A stretch of DNA of 64,000 nucleotides from Caecitellus pseudoparvulus (GCA_965644315.1 CBFFRQ010000014.1:1-64000), one strand, 5' to 3'; positions 1 to 11,719 are shown, counted from the stretch's first letter. A program made the numbers and translations. The notes: a model not told the origin generated them from the letters alone.

Positions 1-158
1 GTGGCCGGTCCACAGGTCAAGCATGATTTCCTGGCAAGGCACTTGCACCTCGATCGAGAGGGGTAAACACGGAGCCCATAGTCAATGTGTCTTGTTCAAC
101 TCACCACCTTCTTGCACAAATTCATCTCATCCGAGCGACTTCTCCTCTTCTTGCGCAT
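1..158 (-). CDS. 5' end of a gene running off the window start; basic N-terminus, possibly a CENP-B/psq-type HTH (partial)
   Basis: ATG at 158, exon 158-105 (MRKKRRSRSDEMNLCKKV), GTGAGT...CAG intron 104-31, then EIMLDLWTGH open to position 1. Divergent from FPGS. Confidence 0.35.
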
Positions 159-394
159 CGAACGGTTGAAGGCGTCTCCACCGCCGATCGTGGATGGGAT
201 GCCTGCATACCAGAACGGCCGCCACAACTAATCGCTTACTGAAGCTGAGTCCATTCAATTTTCCTGTTTGATGCGTTCCCGTTTTCTCCTACAGCGCACG
301 CCCCGGCCTTGCTGCGTGGTTGGGAGCACCTCTGGCCGCTGTCCGCTTCCATTTCGCTCTGGTATTGGCCGCTCAATTGAGGGACGAGTTCGTC

Positions 395-2370
395 ATGGCG
401 GCTGGCACAGGGCGCGACATGGCAGCTGCGATGAAGGCGGTGTTTTCTACCCTCATGGGCGGCGCTGGTCTTGAGCGCCGAGCCGCGAACCGAGGGGCTG
501 TCGTTACACAGATGCGGCTGCTGGCCAGGGCCATCCAGCTGCCGCTGGACAGCATGAGCTATGTCCACATCGCGGGGACCAAGGGGAAGGGTTCCACAGC
601 CTCGATGTGCGAGAGCATGTTACGGTGTGCTGGATATACTACAGGTGCGTGAGGTCGGCTTCCAGGCTGTTGTTTCTGAAGCTCAACGAAACATTCTGTG
701 CATCGTTTTCCGCACCTTGCGCAGGTCTGTTTACTTCGCCTCACCTGGTGACGATGCGCGAGCGCATTCGCTTGAACGGAAAGCCCATTGACGAAGAACG
801 CTTCTTGTTGCATTTTTGGCACGTGTGGGATGCTGTGCAGGCTGCAGTCGTGCGTGGCCCTCTGCCGCGCTGGCCTTCTGGCAACTGCTGCTCAGCCAGG
901 CGCCTCGGACGCTTGATACCTCTCATTTCGCAGGCGGGGGACGAGGGTGTGCACCAGCCTGGCTTCTTCCACTTCCTTACTTTGCTGAGCTTTCACATCT
1001 TTGCGCAGGAGGCTGTGGACGTCGTCGTTCTTGAGGTCGGGCTGGGAGGCCGCCTGGATGCCACGAATGTCATTTCTCAGCCGGCGGTGACTGGCATCAC
1101 CACTCTGGACTACGACCATGTGAAGGTACTGGGCCCAACACTTCCCCACATAGCACGCGAGAAAGCAGGCATCATGAAGCGTGGCGTGCCTTGTTTCACA
1201 GTCCCCCAGGCGGGGGGGGCGGATGGCGCCGTGCACGCTGCGTTGGCTGAGGCAGCTGCAAAGACTGAAGCCCCCCTCACGACGGTGGATCCGTCATGGT
1301 TGGAGGCGCGCCTGACAGCCTCTGAGGGGGCACCGGGCGTGGATGTCCCGCAGTCCATCGCAGGGGGTGCCTCGTACCAACGCCTGAATGCGGCGTTGGC
1401 ACTGGCTTTGGTGGAGTGCTATCTGCAGCGCGGACCCCCTCCTGGCTGGCGCAAGGAGCCTGGCGTCCCCCCAGCACCCCCTGCTATCAGCCCCGCAACC
1501 AGGGCTGACCTGGCGCCTCCCACTGCTCCGATGGCCCCTGCTTGTGCCACAGGGCTGGGGCGAGCACGGTGGCCAGGCCGCGCTCACGCCTTGCGAGCGG
1601 CAAGCAGCCCAGACTGTGTCCTGACACTGTGTCTGGATGGCGCCCATACCGCCGCTGCGATGGAGAAGGCTCTCGAGTGGTTCCACGACAAGGCCGGGCA
1701 GGCAGGGCCCCACTCGTTGCTGTTCAACAGCGCCCATGAAAAGGACCCAATCCCTCTGTTGGCACCGCTTGCCAAGCATGAGTGGGGTGGTGGGGTGTGC
1801 TTCGCGCCTTTTGACTTCGGCAAGCCCTCCAGGATGCCCCCTCCGACTGCAGAGCAGGTGTTTGAGGCACACTTCAGCCACAGAGTTGAGTGTGGAGAGC
1901 TGGCACCCGAGGCGGCGCCGGCTGCAGCGGCACATGCCAAGGCTGTGCTGGCACAGGTGCAGGGTGCAGCGCTGACCCCTGAAGCCGCCCTGAGTAGCGG
2001 AGCTGCTTCATCTGTTCCCCTCGCTGATGCGGCTCTGGCGGCTGCGAAGGGTGAGGCTGCCCCCACTACACACCAGTGGCAACTCACCTTGGCCCAGGTG
2101 TGGGGTGCGATTCGGGCAGGCGCCTTGGAGCTGGGGGGCAGCATCCCAACCTCCACACATGCGGAAGACAGTCGCGTCACGGTGGCAGCGTCAGTCGCCG
2201 ATGCCCTGCGCACCCTGGGAGGGGGGTCGGACGTGCCGACGCTGCAGAGGGCCGCGGAGGCAGACGCTGGGAGCAGCCCGCCGAAGGAGCGGTCTGTCCT
2301 GGTGACTGGGAGCCTGTACCTGGTCGGCAACACGCTGCAGCACGTGGGGTGGGACCCAGACAACGCCTGA
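395..2370 (+). CDS. FPGS: Folylpolyglutamate synthase (FolC/FPGS family)
   Basis: Motifs HIAGTKGKGST, GLFTSPHL..RERIR, LEVGLGGRLDATNV, EKAGIMK, LDGAHT, VLVTGSLYLVG. Introns 645-724 and 850-933 (GTGCGT..CAG) restore the continuous protein. Confidence 0.95.
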
Positions 2371-2377
2371 ATGCATT
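2370..2377. terminator. Palindromic AATGCATT between convergent stop codons; candidate bidirectional 3'-processing signal
   Basis: Lies in the 36-nt gap between the FPGS stop (2370) and the convergent stop (2407). The same octamer occurs at 21601-21608. Confidence 0.45.
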
Positions 2378-2406
2378 GCCAGCAGCCACCGTCTCCGTGG
2401 CGGCCC

Positions 2407-4992
2407 TCACCACTCTCTTGACCCCGCCACTTCGTCGGTGAGTTGGGCCAGCGGGCCACCTGCTGCACCCACGGCATCCCCTGAGCTGAAGCCGTGGCCT
2501 GAGCCAGTCGAGGGCCTGCGCCCTCGCTGGGGCGCATGTGGGTCAGGGTTTGGGGACGCTCCTGCAGGCATGGTCACCCCCGCCCCCCACGCCGTGTAGC
2601 CGTACAAACCCTCCAAGGACGCCCCAGCCCACCCGCCAAGAGGCGTGTGCCCGACTTCACCACTAGACACACCACCTCCTGCTGAGCCACTGCCAAGGTG
2701 GCCTGCACTGGGTGGCGCCAGGAGGGGCCGGGGGCGCAAGGTGGCGGCGGCAGGTGACGTGATGTGCGAGACTGTGTCCGGGGGCGCCAGACCCATGACG
2801 TCGCCACCCAAGGACAAACCTGGCCCTCCACCCTCACCCAGCAGTCCGGAGTCCACAGACCCCCCCCTTACGTGGCTGGCAGAGCCAAGACCGGGAGACG
2901 GGAAAGGGTGCAAACCACCCCCCCCTGACGAGGCAATGCTGAGGGGGGGTCCGCCCGTCCCCATCACATCACCAGCCCCTGGCCGCCCCAGACTGGACAG
3001 CGCCGAGCCTGCACGTGCGTACTCGGCAGCTGCAGCTCCCACCGTGCCTCCATCGTGGCTCGAGCCTGGCAAAGCCACATGCCCCGCACCCCCCTCACCC
3101 GGCACCCCAGGCGCCTTGCCGGCCAGCTGGTGTGGCAGCATGCCTGGAGGTGCAGAGGCACGGGGCGTGTCTGCGATGCCAAACACCACAGGCGACGCCG
3201 CAGATGCGGTTGGTCGGTGACGGTGCTTCGCAGCAGGCACCGGCGCAGACGCCACGGCTGGCAAGCCCACCGACACCGAGTCAGCTCCGCGCCGCCCACG
3301 CAGGTCCGCCGCCTCGATGAAGTCGAATGGGTCGAACCGGTCCCCCTCGTCCTCTGCGGCAAAGGCCACACCCAGAGCCGCCTGCAGGCCCGCCAGACCT
3401 GCCGCTGGCGCAGCTCGGGTGCTGTCGGCATCGGAAGCACCCCCCATGCTCCCCCCCCTCTTGCGTTGGGGGAGGGGGGCTGGTGGGCCAGACACGCCCT
3501 CAGCCTCCTCGTGTGGCGCTGGCGACAGGGGCGTCGCCCCGCCCCGCCCGCCGCTCTTCCCCCCCCGGGACATGGAGCGTGAGCGAGCGGTCAAGCCCCC
3601 ACTGATGTTGCTGCCCTCGCCTGAGCCGAGGCTGGGGCTCACAGCGCCCGGCGGAGGCGGTGAGAAGCCACGGCCTGAGACGTGCCGACTACCCTGCCGC
3701 CCTCCCCGCTGTCGCCCCCGCGAGGTGGGTGCCCCCGCCATGGCGCCGGACAGGTTGGACGTGGCGCTTTCGCGTTCCCACGCCTCAGCGGCAACTGCTG
3801 CGAACTTGCTCAGCGCATCGCTCGCGGCAGCAGTGGAGGCGCCCCCAGCCATCCACCCCGCCGTCTGGGCAACGGACGCCCTGGAGGAGGGGGGAGCCGG
3901 CAGCTTGGTGCTCTGCAGGGGGTGGGGCAGGGACACGCCCTGAGCAGGCTCGCCGGACACGCCGGTCGCCTGTGCCAGGCCCTGGTGGCCGAGTGGCATG
4001 CCGCTGCCCCGGCCGAGGCCGCCTTCCGCCCTGGAGCCACTGTGAGGCGGCGCCCCGCCGTGGGCAGGCACCTGTGCCACTGCTGAGCGCCTGTGCCCTG
4101 CAATGACGTACTGCGTGATGGCGGAGGGGATTGTGGCGCTGTGTGGCAGGGGGGCGTGGCCCGAAGCCTGCCCCAGGCAAAAGGCGGCTCGCTGCATGTA
4201 CTGCGCTGCCCGCGCAACACACTCCACGAAGGATGTGCGCAGGTGCATGAGTTGCTGCAGGGAGAGGGCGCCGCTGGCGGCGCTGTGCAGCTGGTCGCGG
4301 CGGCCGACCTTCGAGTTGCGGCCCCCCGCTCCGCCGAAAGCGAGGTGTGAGTCAGCGGCGCGCTCCTCCACCAACACCGCACACAGCTCATACGCCCGGT
4401 GTAAGATGTCCAGTGTTGAAGTAGGGGGTTGAGCTGCTGTTCCGCCACCGTCGCCGGCGGACGGCGCACTTGCCGCCTGCGCCTCTCCCAGGCGGCGCTT
4501 GCGGCCGCCAGTGGTGGTGCCGGCGCCTCGCGCAGTCGACTTGCGGGACTTGCCGCGACCTCCGCCCGGGGGCTCGATGCCCAGACGCTTGGCGGCTCGA
4601 CGAATGACAGCCTGAGCAGCGAGCGAGTCGTGTGCAGTGAAGGAGGCGGGCACTTCACCTGCCGGCGTGTCGGCGCTGGCCATTTCCGCAACCCACCTGG
4701 CACCGGTTGTGAATGGGCAGCCGCTCGTTGTCGGGCTCGTGAGCCGGCGCGGTGGCGGGGTCCCATCGTTTTCCCCGGAACGCCACGTCAGTCAGCAAGT
4801 CCTTGCACACCTGCCCTTCAGCGGTGGGCTTGTACAGGTACGCCTGTGGGGGTGGGCGCAAGACCAGTGCAGCACGTGTTACGCGGCAGCTCCAACACGC
4901 CTGTCCGCACGCACGACGATGGCGTGGTAGGTGCTTCGAGGCTCGGTGTCCAAGATGGGCTCCTGGCACAGAGCACATGTTGGCCCAGCCAT
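2407..4992 (-). CDS. Hypothetical protein with N-terminal CxxC...HxRC putative Zn domain, basic patch and long low-complexity tail; paralogue of 7158-9698
   Basis: Exons 4992-4915 (MAGPTCALCQEPILDTEPRSTYHAIV), 4843-4697 (AYLYK...FRGKRWD...PIHNRCQ) and 4611-2407 (AVIRRAAKRLG...). Introns 4914-4844 and 4696-4612 are GT..CAG and phase-compatible. The spliced N-terminus aligns with the 7158-9698 protein. Confidence 0.8.
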
Positions 4993-5411
4993 GCTCGTGT
5001 CCCGTCTTGCACAGAGTCTGCCACAACTGCCTGGCGTCGAAATTGGATGGTGTGCAGCGCGGGGATGACGCGGAGAAGCAGCTTGTCACTAACCAGGTCG
5101 AGCGAGTGGATTTGGGCAATCAAAAGTAGTGGCCACAAGGCGGTGCATGCCATCCGAGCATCACATGCTCGGCAGGATTTTTGTGGTGCAGGTGAGACAG
5201 CCCAAGCGCCGCGTTTCGTCGGCGTTGCGCCTGCTGCACACGCCGCAAAGTGGGGCGCCGAAACCCTGCACAGCTGCACTCTCCACACATAAAGCCAAGC
5301 TCGCTGACATGATGGTGCGTGTGACGCTCATCAGCTTCGACTTTTGCTTCCCCCTATACCGCAACGAGCCTGTGGACCGGCTGGTGTGACGGTGTACCCG
5401 TCCAAGCCGAC

Positions 5412-6987
5412 ATGTTGAGGCTAGCTCTGCTTCTGGCTGCGGTGGCAGCCTCGTGCGCGAAGGTAGTGGACCTCACTGGCGCAGCTGACTTTGGAGAGCA
5501 AGTGGAAGCAGCAGGTGCGTCAGCGCGGCCACCCTGCGCAGCGTACCTGCGCTCACTGCGCAACCCTGCTGTGTTTGCCAGATGTCGCTTTCCTGAAGTT
5601 CTACGCGCCGTGGTGTGGCCACTGCAAGGCGCTGGCGCCTGTCTGGGAGGACTTGGGCGATGCAGTGCACGGCGAGTCCAGCATTCTCATCGGCAAGGTG
5701 GACGTGACTCAGGACTCCGCGGTGGGGCATGTTTTTGGCGTGTCTGGCTTTCCCACGCTGCTGCTCGTCGCCAACGGACAAGTTATCAAGTTCACCGGGC
5801 AGCGCACGCTGCCAGCCATGGAGGCCTTCGTGCGAGGTGGCTATGAAGCTGCTCTGGGTGAGGCCAAGCCCTTCCCGGCGCTGCCTCAACCTGTCCCCAC
5901 AGCAGACCCGACCGCCCCCTCCGCCGTGGTGGATGCCACCAGCCTGTCCCCCTCAGAGCTGGACGCCACGCTGCTGTCCAGCTCTGGTGGCGCCTTTGTC
6001 AAGTTCTACGCGCCGTGGTGTGGCCACTGCAAGGCCATGGCCTCTGCCTGGGAAGACGTTGCTGCAGCTGTCAAGGCGGACGGTGTGACTGTTGCCGAGG
6101 TGGATGCCACAGTCAATTCCGCTGCAGCCAAGCGCTTCGGTGTGGCAGGGTACCCCACGCTGGTCTTTGTCAAGGACGGGCAGGTGTGGACGTACAAGGG
6201 CGGGCGCTCAGCTGCTGCCCTGGTGCAGTACGTGCGGGATGCCCCCCCAGCCGGGGGCGGCTCGGCGTACCCAGCAGCCCCAGAGTCCGCTTCGCGCCGT
6301 GCCGCTGGCGCAAGCGGCGAGACTGGCGCAGTGGTGGACCTCACAGATGCCACGTTTGAGCACTTGACTCAGGCTGCCACGGGCGCCACCACTGGACCTT
6401 GGTTCGTGAAGTTCTACGCACCGTGGTGTGGCCACTGCAAGTCCATGGCACCTGCCTGGGAAGACCTGGCTACGGCGATCGGCAGCACCGTGAACGTGGC
6501 GCAAGTGGACTGCACGGCCCACAGGTCCACCTGTCGCCGCTTTGGCGTGAAGAGCTTCCCCACGCTGCTGTTCGTGGACAGGGGGTCCGTGTGGGAGTAC
6601 GAAGGCGAGCGGAAAGCGGAGCCCATGCAGCAGTGGGTAGAGGGCGGCCGCGCTGCAGATGAGTCCACACCCGTGCCGCCCCCTCCGGGGGCACTGGATT
6701 GGATCGAGCGCCACAGCGCCCGCCTGGGCTCTGACTTTGCCATTATGGCCAAGCGGTACCCAGTGGCCATGGTGGTGCTGGCATCTGGCGCCTTCATCGC
6801 GGGTATGTTCTTGATGATGGTCATTGTGCTGCTGACTGAGCCGTCGCGGGAAACCTCCCGTGCCATGCTTCTGCAAGAGCTCGTAGAGGCAGGCAAGGTG
6901 GTGGAGGCGGAGCCCACTGCTCCCGCCCAGCCGGCGCAGCAGGCCGCAGCGGAGGCAACTCCCACTGAGAGCAAGAAGGACCAGTGA
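5412..6987 (+). CDS. Protein disulfide-isomerase family protein: signal peptide, three thioredoxin (WCGHC) domains, C-terminal TM helix, KKxx ER-retrieval tail
   Basis: Signal peptide MLRLALLLAAVAASCA; intron 5515-5581; three FYAPWCGHCK motifs; TM segment VAMVVLASGAFIAGMFLMMVIVLL; ends KKDQ. Confidence 0.93.
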
Positions 6988-7157
6988 CTGTGCCGGCAGC
7001 TGTGGGATGGAGTGGGTGCAGCTGGGCCCCCTGCCTCAGTCTCCAGGAAGCGGAGCTTGCGGCACACCTGTGCCTCACACACCACTGCATTCACATGTGC
7101 AATCCACACGCCCCACACGCACTTCACCAGCACACACTCTGCCCAGTCCACCGCCAC

Positions 7158-9698
7158 CTACAGCACCTTAAGCAGGTGGGCCGATCCAAAGGCTGCAGAG
7201 CCCTGGGCAGGCACGCCAGGCACCTGGCCCAGTCGGGGCGCGGCCGAGAGGCTTCCCGGCCCTGCGCCTCCACGCCCCAGCCCCAGCATGTCTACACTCT
7301 GCACAGAGGATACGGACGCCAAGGCGTCCAGCCGCGGCAAGCTTGGCAGCTGGCTGGCGCTGGCAGGGCGGTCGATGCCACGTGCCAGCGCTGCTGTCTT
7401 GATACCTGCCAGGCCCAGTCGAGCCGCGGAGCCAGCCTTGGGTGCAGCCGGCGTGCCTTGGGGGCCCGTCGTTGCCAGCGCTGCCATGGCCCCTGCTGCT
7501 GCCGCTGCGGCTGCAGGCATGCCGTTAATGCCGCTGGGGTGTGGCAGGCGTTGTCTGGCCCACCGTGCGGCGTCGTAGCGCCGCAGGTCGCGCGTGGTCG
7601 CATGTGGGTTGGGTCGCACAGGGCCCCGGCGAGCTGCGTCTGGTGCGGCCGCCTGCGTCTTGAGAGACGTAGCCAGCAGGTGCACTGGGTGCAGCGGCGC
7701 GGGGCTGGCTTGTGACGTTGGTTGAATGACGCCTGCACCGCCCTTGGCCTGGGCCACAAGAAGTGTGCGGTGCAGGCGAGGAGCGTCTACATCCGACAAG
7801 GCACGTCGCACACGCCGGATGCCTCGCTGCAGCGACCTGAGCAAATAACCGCCCCCCAGCGCCCCAGCATCGTCGCTGTTCGCTTCATGCAGGGTGCCGT
7901 CTGGCTTGGGCTTGGGTGGACCGCGGGGAGCCAAGCCTGGCAGAGGGCGAGGGGGCGGCTCCTCCGCCACTCCACGCGCGTGCACAGCACACTCCACTGC
8001 CTGGTGCGACAGCGGCAAGCCCAGCAGGCCCAAGGACGCGTCTGCGCCAGCCACGAGGCCCGCCACTTCTGCCTTGAGAGCCAACACGCCAGCGTCGTCG
8101 CTTCCTGCCGTCATGCCCTCAGGGACAGGCTGTGGTGGGGCGGGTGTCGGCAGCATGTGGGGGGAGGTGTCAGTCGCGTGCAGCAGGCGTGCTGCCACGG
8201 GGACCAAGGCCCCGTGAGGTGCAGTCGCATCGTGGGCCATGCCCCGCACCAAGTGCCCTGCCGTGGCGGCGGGCAGCTTGGCGCTGGAGCTTGGGGCTGG
8301 GGAGGGCGGCGAGAAGTCTGCGCCATCCGCTGCGCTGCTTGTGCTCAGCGGCGGGACGGGCAGCATGGCTCCCCTGAGCAGCGCCGAAAGCGGTACGCCC
8401 ACACCTTCTTCTGGTTCGGCCATGGAGGAGGACGATGAACCGTCAGAGTCCGCACCGGGCGAGAAGGTCGGGTGGCGGTATGGAAAGGACTGGTCGTGGT
8501 GGACCTGGTGTGGGGGGGGTGGGATGGTGACCCGCGGACCGGCCTGTGCAAAGCGCTGGGTGGTGGGAGCACCGGGGAAGGAGCCTGTCGCTGCTGGTGC
8601 CAGCCCTGCCGCATCGTGCAGTGGGGGTGCGTGGTATGTGCCCTGCCTGTGCTGCTGCATCCCCCCGTATGCAGCCTGTTCCGCAGTCGGCAGTCCAGCG
8701 GAAGTGTAGCCATACCCCACAATGTGGTTGCTCACGGAGCTGGCGTGATGAGATTGGCCACGCAGCACCTCCAGAGCTGCTGAAGACAGCGTCGGAGGCG
8801 GTGGGGGCGCAGCTTTGTGCCCTCTGTTCCCGAGCACCGCTGCACAGTGCTGGGTCAGGCTGAGGGCTTGCCGGGCATGGTCCAGGATGCCACGCGGCGC
8901 CGACGCAGTGCTGCTGGCTGCAGTGGCCGTGGCTGATGTCAAACACCGCCCGTGCAGGCCCGTGAAGGACTCCTGTGTCACCCGCGTCAGCGCGATGCAA
9001 GCCACGCTGAGCAGCTGCTCCAGCGTCACGGACGCCGGGATCCAACCTTGAGCGTCGCCGGAATCCACTGTGCAGGGGCGGGAGGGTGGTGGGCAGTGAT
9101 GGGGCGTGTCACAGGCTGCGTGGGGCGGCCCTGTCCGGCACGCACTGCCTCGAGTGACTCGAACGCCAGTCGCCCCAGCGCCATCGCTTGCGACGCTTCC
9201 TGCACCGCCCGTTCGCGGCGCTTTGGAGGCCAGCGGAGAAGCATCATCCTCGCGCTTGCGCCTCCTAGGTGCACCAATTCCCAGCTGTGAAGGGGCAAAG
9301 TGCACACGGGCTGTCCGGGCGCGAGTTCGAGCACTTCGCGTGGCTGTGGCACGCACCTTCGCTGCCTCGCGGCGAATGACTGCCTGGCACCGGCCATGCA
9401 CCACACGACTCTTGCTGCTCTGCACGTTGGGCGGGCAAGTGGTCACATCCCACGGCACCCCTCGGAACTGCACTTTGCCTGCCAACATGGCCAGGCAGCT
9501 GCCTGGCGGCGGCGTGTTTGGGCCAGCTCCGTGCACTGGGGGCTGCCGCGCACTCCCTTCGCCAGGGCTGACTTGCTGGTACAGGTAGGCCTGTATGGCG
9601 CTGAAGAGGCACCGGCCCTCCGACCCTAGTACCTTGTCGTTGCACAGGGCGCACGGCTCCCCTGTGCCCGGCACATGTTTCTTCCGCTTGGGCGGCAT
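7158..9698 (-). CDS. Hypothetical protein with N-terminal CxxC...HxRC putative Zn domain and NLS-like basic segments; paralogue of 2407-4992
   Basis: 853-aa ORF, probable start MPPKRKK at 9698. Contains CALCNDKVLGSEGRCLFSAIQAYLY...VQFRGVPWD...VHGRCQAVIRR. Probable in-frame intron 9553-9503. Confidence 0.75.
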   Translation of the reverse strand: MPPKRKKHVPGTGEPCALCNDKVLGSEGRCLFSAIQAYLYQQVSPGEGSARQPPVHGAGPNTPPPGSCLAMLAGKVQFRGVPWDVTTCPPNVQSSKSRVVHGRCQAVIRREAAKVRATATRSARTRARTARVHFAPSQLGIGAPRRRKREDDASPLASKAPRTGGAGSVASDGAGATGVRVTRGSACRTGPPHAACDTPHHCPPPSRPCTVDSGDAQGWIPASVTLEQLLSVACIALTRVTQESFTGLHGRCLTSATATAASSTASAPRGILDHARQALSLTQHCAAVLGNRGHKAAPPPPPTLSSAALEVLRGQSHHASSVSNHIVGYGYTSAGLPTAEQAAYGGMQQHRQGTYHAPPLHDAAGLAPAATGSFPGAPTTQRFAQAGPRVTIPPPPHQVHHDQSFPYRHPTFSPGADSDGSSSSSMAEPEEGVGVPLSALLRGAMLPVPPLSTSSAADGADFSPPSPAPSSSAKLPAATAGHLVRGMAHDATAPHGALVPVAARLLHATDTSPHMLPTPAPPQPVPEGMTAGSDDAGVLALKAEVAGLVAGADASLGLLGLPLSHQAVECAVHARGVAEEPPPRPLPGLAPRGPPKPKPDGTLHEANSDDAGALGGGYLLRSLQRGIRRVRRALSDVDAPRLHRTLLVAQAKGGAGVIQPTSQASPAPLHPVHLLATSLKTQAAAPDAARRGPVRPNPHATTRDLRRYDAARWARQRLPHPSGINGMPAAAAAAAGAMAALATTGPQGTPAAPKAGSAARLGLAGIKTAALARGIDRPASASQLPSLPRLDALASVSSVQSVDMLGLGRGGAGPGSLSAAPRLGQVPGVPAQGSAAFGSAHLLKVL

Positions 9699-10041
9699 AT
9701 TGCGCAGCCTGAAACGCAAGCGAAACCTCAGAGGGCCATCAAGCGCTCAGGCTCAGCTGCAGCCAGGCCATGCAGCTGCGCGGTGGTCGTGCGGTTAAAT
9801 ACGTGCAATATTTGATGTGGGGGCTACTTCACCTTGCCTTTTCCCATGCAAGCACTTCGAATGAGGGGTGCCTTGGCTTCCTGAAGGCTTGTTCAGCAAA
9901 TTGGTGGCTCCCAGCTGCGGGCTGAGCCCCCGCGTCTCCTGCCCGGCACCTGGGCGCTGGAACAGCACCTTGTGTCGGATTCATTGGATTCCGTTTAGAC
10001 CTTCCGGCTGTGCCTAGTGCGGTTTGCTGCATCTGGTGGCA

Positions 10042-11382
10042 CTACAGGCTGCCCGAAGAGGAAAAGTGACTCAGCGAAGAGGAGCTCAGCTCCCTCACGC
10101 CGCGAGCACCAGCTGAGGTTCCCTCATGGACGCCATGCACTCCAGTTTCAGCGACTGGGTGTGCTGTACGTGATGCAGGGATGGGGCGCCTGGTAGACTG
10201 CCCCTTGGCCGCTGCCTGCTGCGCTTCATGATCAGGGGCGCTACTTCGGCGGTCAATGTGCCCACGGGGCAGTCGTGACCCGTTAGACTGCAGCGCGGCC
10301 AGGGCACCCTGCAGCACGTGGGCAGACCGAGCACTGACTTGAGAAAGGTGGGGCATGGTCGAGGGTGCATCACTTGGCGCCGATGGAGCCCCAGATCTCG
10401 GCATGGAGGCTATCGGCGGGCCTTCCGAGGGGTTCGTCAAAGGGAGTCCGACAGCTTCAGACCCCCAGGATGCTTCTTCGCTGGACCACTGTTGCAGAGA
10501 GCCAAAAGAGCCCAGTGACTGAGATGGTCCAACACCGACCTCCGGCCTGATCCCTGCACCGCCTTGCAGCAGGTCCAAAACTGCGCGCGAAGCCTTGCTC
10601 CCTCGTGAGGGCGCATCGGACACAGGGGGCGTTGGCTCAGCTTTCGGAGGCTGCGACTTGTGCCCAGCTCTTGGAGATGTGCTTTCCTCAGCTTCACTCG
10701 TGGCGGTTGCCTGTGATGTGGCTTCGGCCCGTTCTGGCGGCAATGACATGCCGGCTGATGTCGATGAAGTGGCAGCGCGAGGTGGCACTGAGACACGAAC
10801 GGGAGCCTCGCGCAGGTGGCGTTTCACAAGGTCTTGACTTGTCCGACGCAATGGCGCCACAGGAATACGCTGCAACACTGGATGCCCCAAGGCTCTCCGC
10901 TTCCAGCGGTGGATCATGCTGAGCGCTACAGGCCCAATATACCCTTGGGAAGAGGTACACGTGGCGGACTCTGCTCGGCCGCTGTCGCCGTTGCTTTGGT
11001 GGCTGACTATGGCAGTCGGCTGTTCAGCCATGCCTTCCATCCTGTGATGCACCAAAGCCCATGTTTGCTGTGCATGCAGTCCATCGAAGTGAAGCGGCGA
11101 GCACTCTGCGGCCGCCGTGTCCAGGAGACCACCAGGCCGCAACAGAGCCGGCGCCATTCCCTGGGCACCCAGTGCTCTGCGACTACTACTGGAGGGTAGA
11201 ACGCCTCGAGGTGGCATGGGAAGAGGCCAGGCTTCCCTGCTTCTGCGCTTGTGGGGCACGTGGCGCTGCTTCTGGCCGCCTGGCACTCTTCCCCGCTGAG
11301 CCTTGGCTAGTCGTGCTCGGTACGTTTGCGCACTTGGCGTGGGTGACACCATAACTGAACTGCCTCTAGAGGTCTTCAGCAT
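10042..11382 (-). CDS. Hypothetical low-complexity S/P/A-rich protein
   Basis: Long ORF (listed as 10042-11613) filling the gap between neighbouring genes. Start uncertain (MLKTS at 11382 chosen). No recognisable domain. Confidence 0.45.
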   Translation of the reverse strand: MLKTSRGSSVMVSPTPSAQTYRARLAKAQRGRVPGGQKQRHVPHKRRSREAWPLPMPPRGVLPSSSSRRALGAQGMAPALLRPGGLLDTAAAECSPLHFDGLHAQQTWALVHHRMEGMAEQPTAIVSHQSNGDSGRAESATCTSSQGYIGPVALSMIHRWKRRALGHPVLQRIPVAPLRRTSQDLVKRHLREAPVRVSVPPRAATSSTSAGMSLPPERAEATSQATATSEAEESTSPRAGHKSQPPKAEPTPPVSDAPSRGSKASRAVLDLLQGGAGIRPEVGVGPSQSLGSFGSLQQWSSEEASWGSEAVGLPLTNPSEGPPIASMPRSGAPSAPSDAPSTMPHLSQVSARSAHVLQGALAALQSNGSRLPRGHIDRRSSAPDHEAQQAAAKGQSTRRPIPASRTAHPVAETGVHGVHEGTSAGARGVRELSSSSLSHFSSSGSL

Positions 11383-11719
11383 GGCTGTCTGCTGGGGAGA
11401 CCTGAGCTGCTGGGGTGGCCCTGCACACCCCAAAGTGTACACTTCGTGCACACAGTGTCGAAAGGGCACCAAGTGAGCAGGAAGCGCGCAAGAGGTCGAA
11501 TGCAGCAAGCTGCTGACTCGACCAGAAGATGCATCGTTTCCCCGTGTTTCTACTGTGCCATGCCAAGAAGACATGCCGCGGAAACCTGCAAGCCGCACAC
11601 CTTGCGGCGTCACTGGTGAAACGCAGGAAACGCCGCCTACTCGCCCCGCATTTATCCAGGCAGGGAAGCTGTTGCCGTATGGAACAGGGACGCTCTACTA
11701 CGATGAAACTAATAGGGGC

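Noticed and set aside
250-265. CCATTCAATTTTCC resembling the oomycete initiator/FPR core promoter
   Set aside because: A single imperfect match, not reproduced convincingly upstream of the other genes.
5000-5411. Small ORFs (5129-5389 plus, 5161-5364 minus, 4818-5288 minus) between the Zn-domain gene and the PDI
   Set aside because: No coherent splice model or homology. Better explained as the divergent promoter and 5' UTRs.
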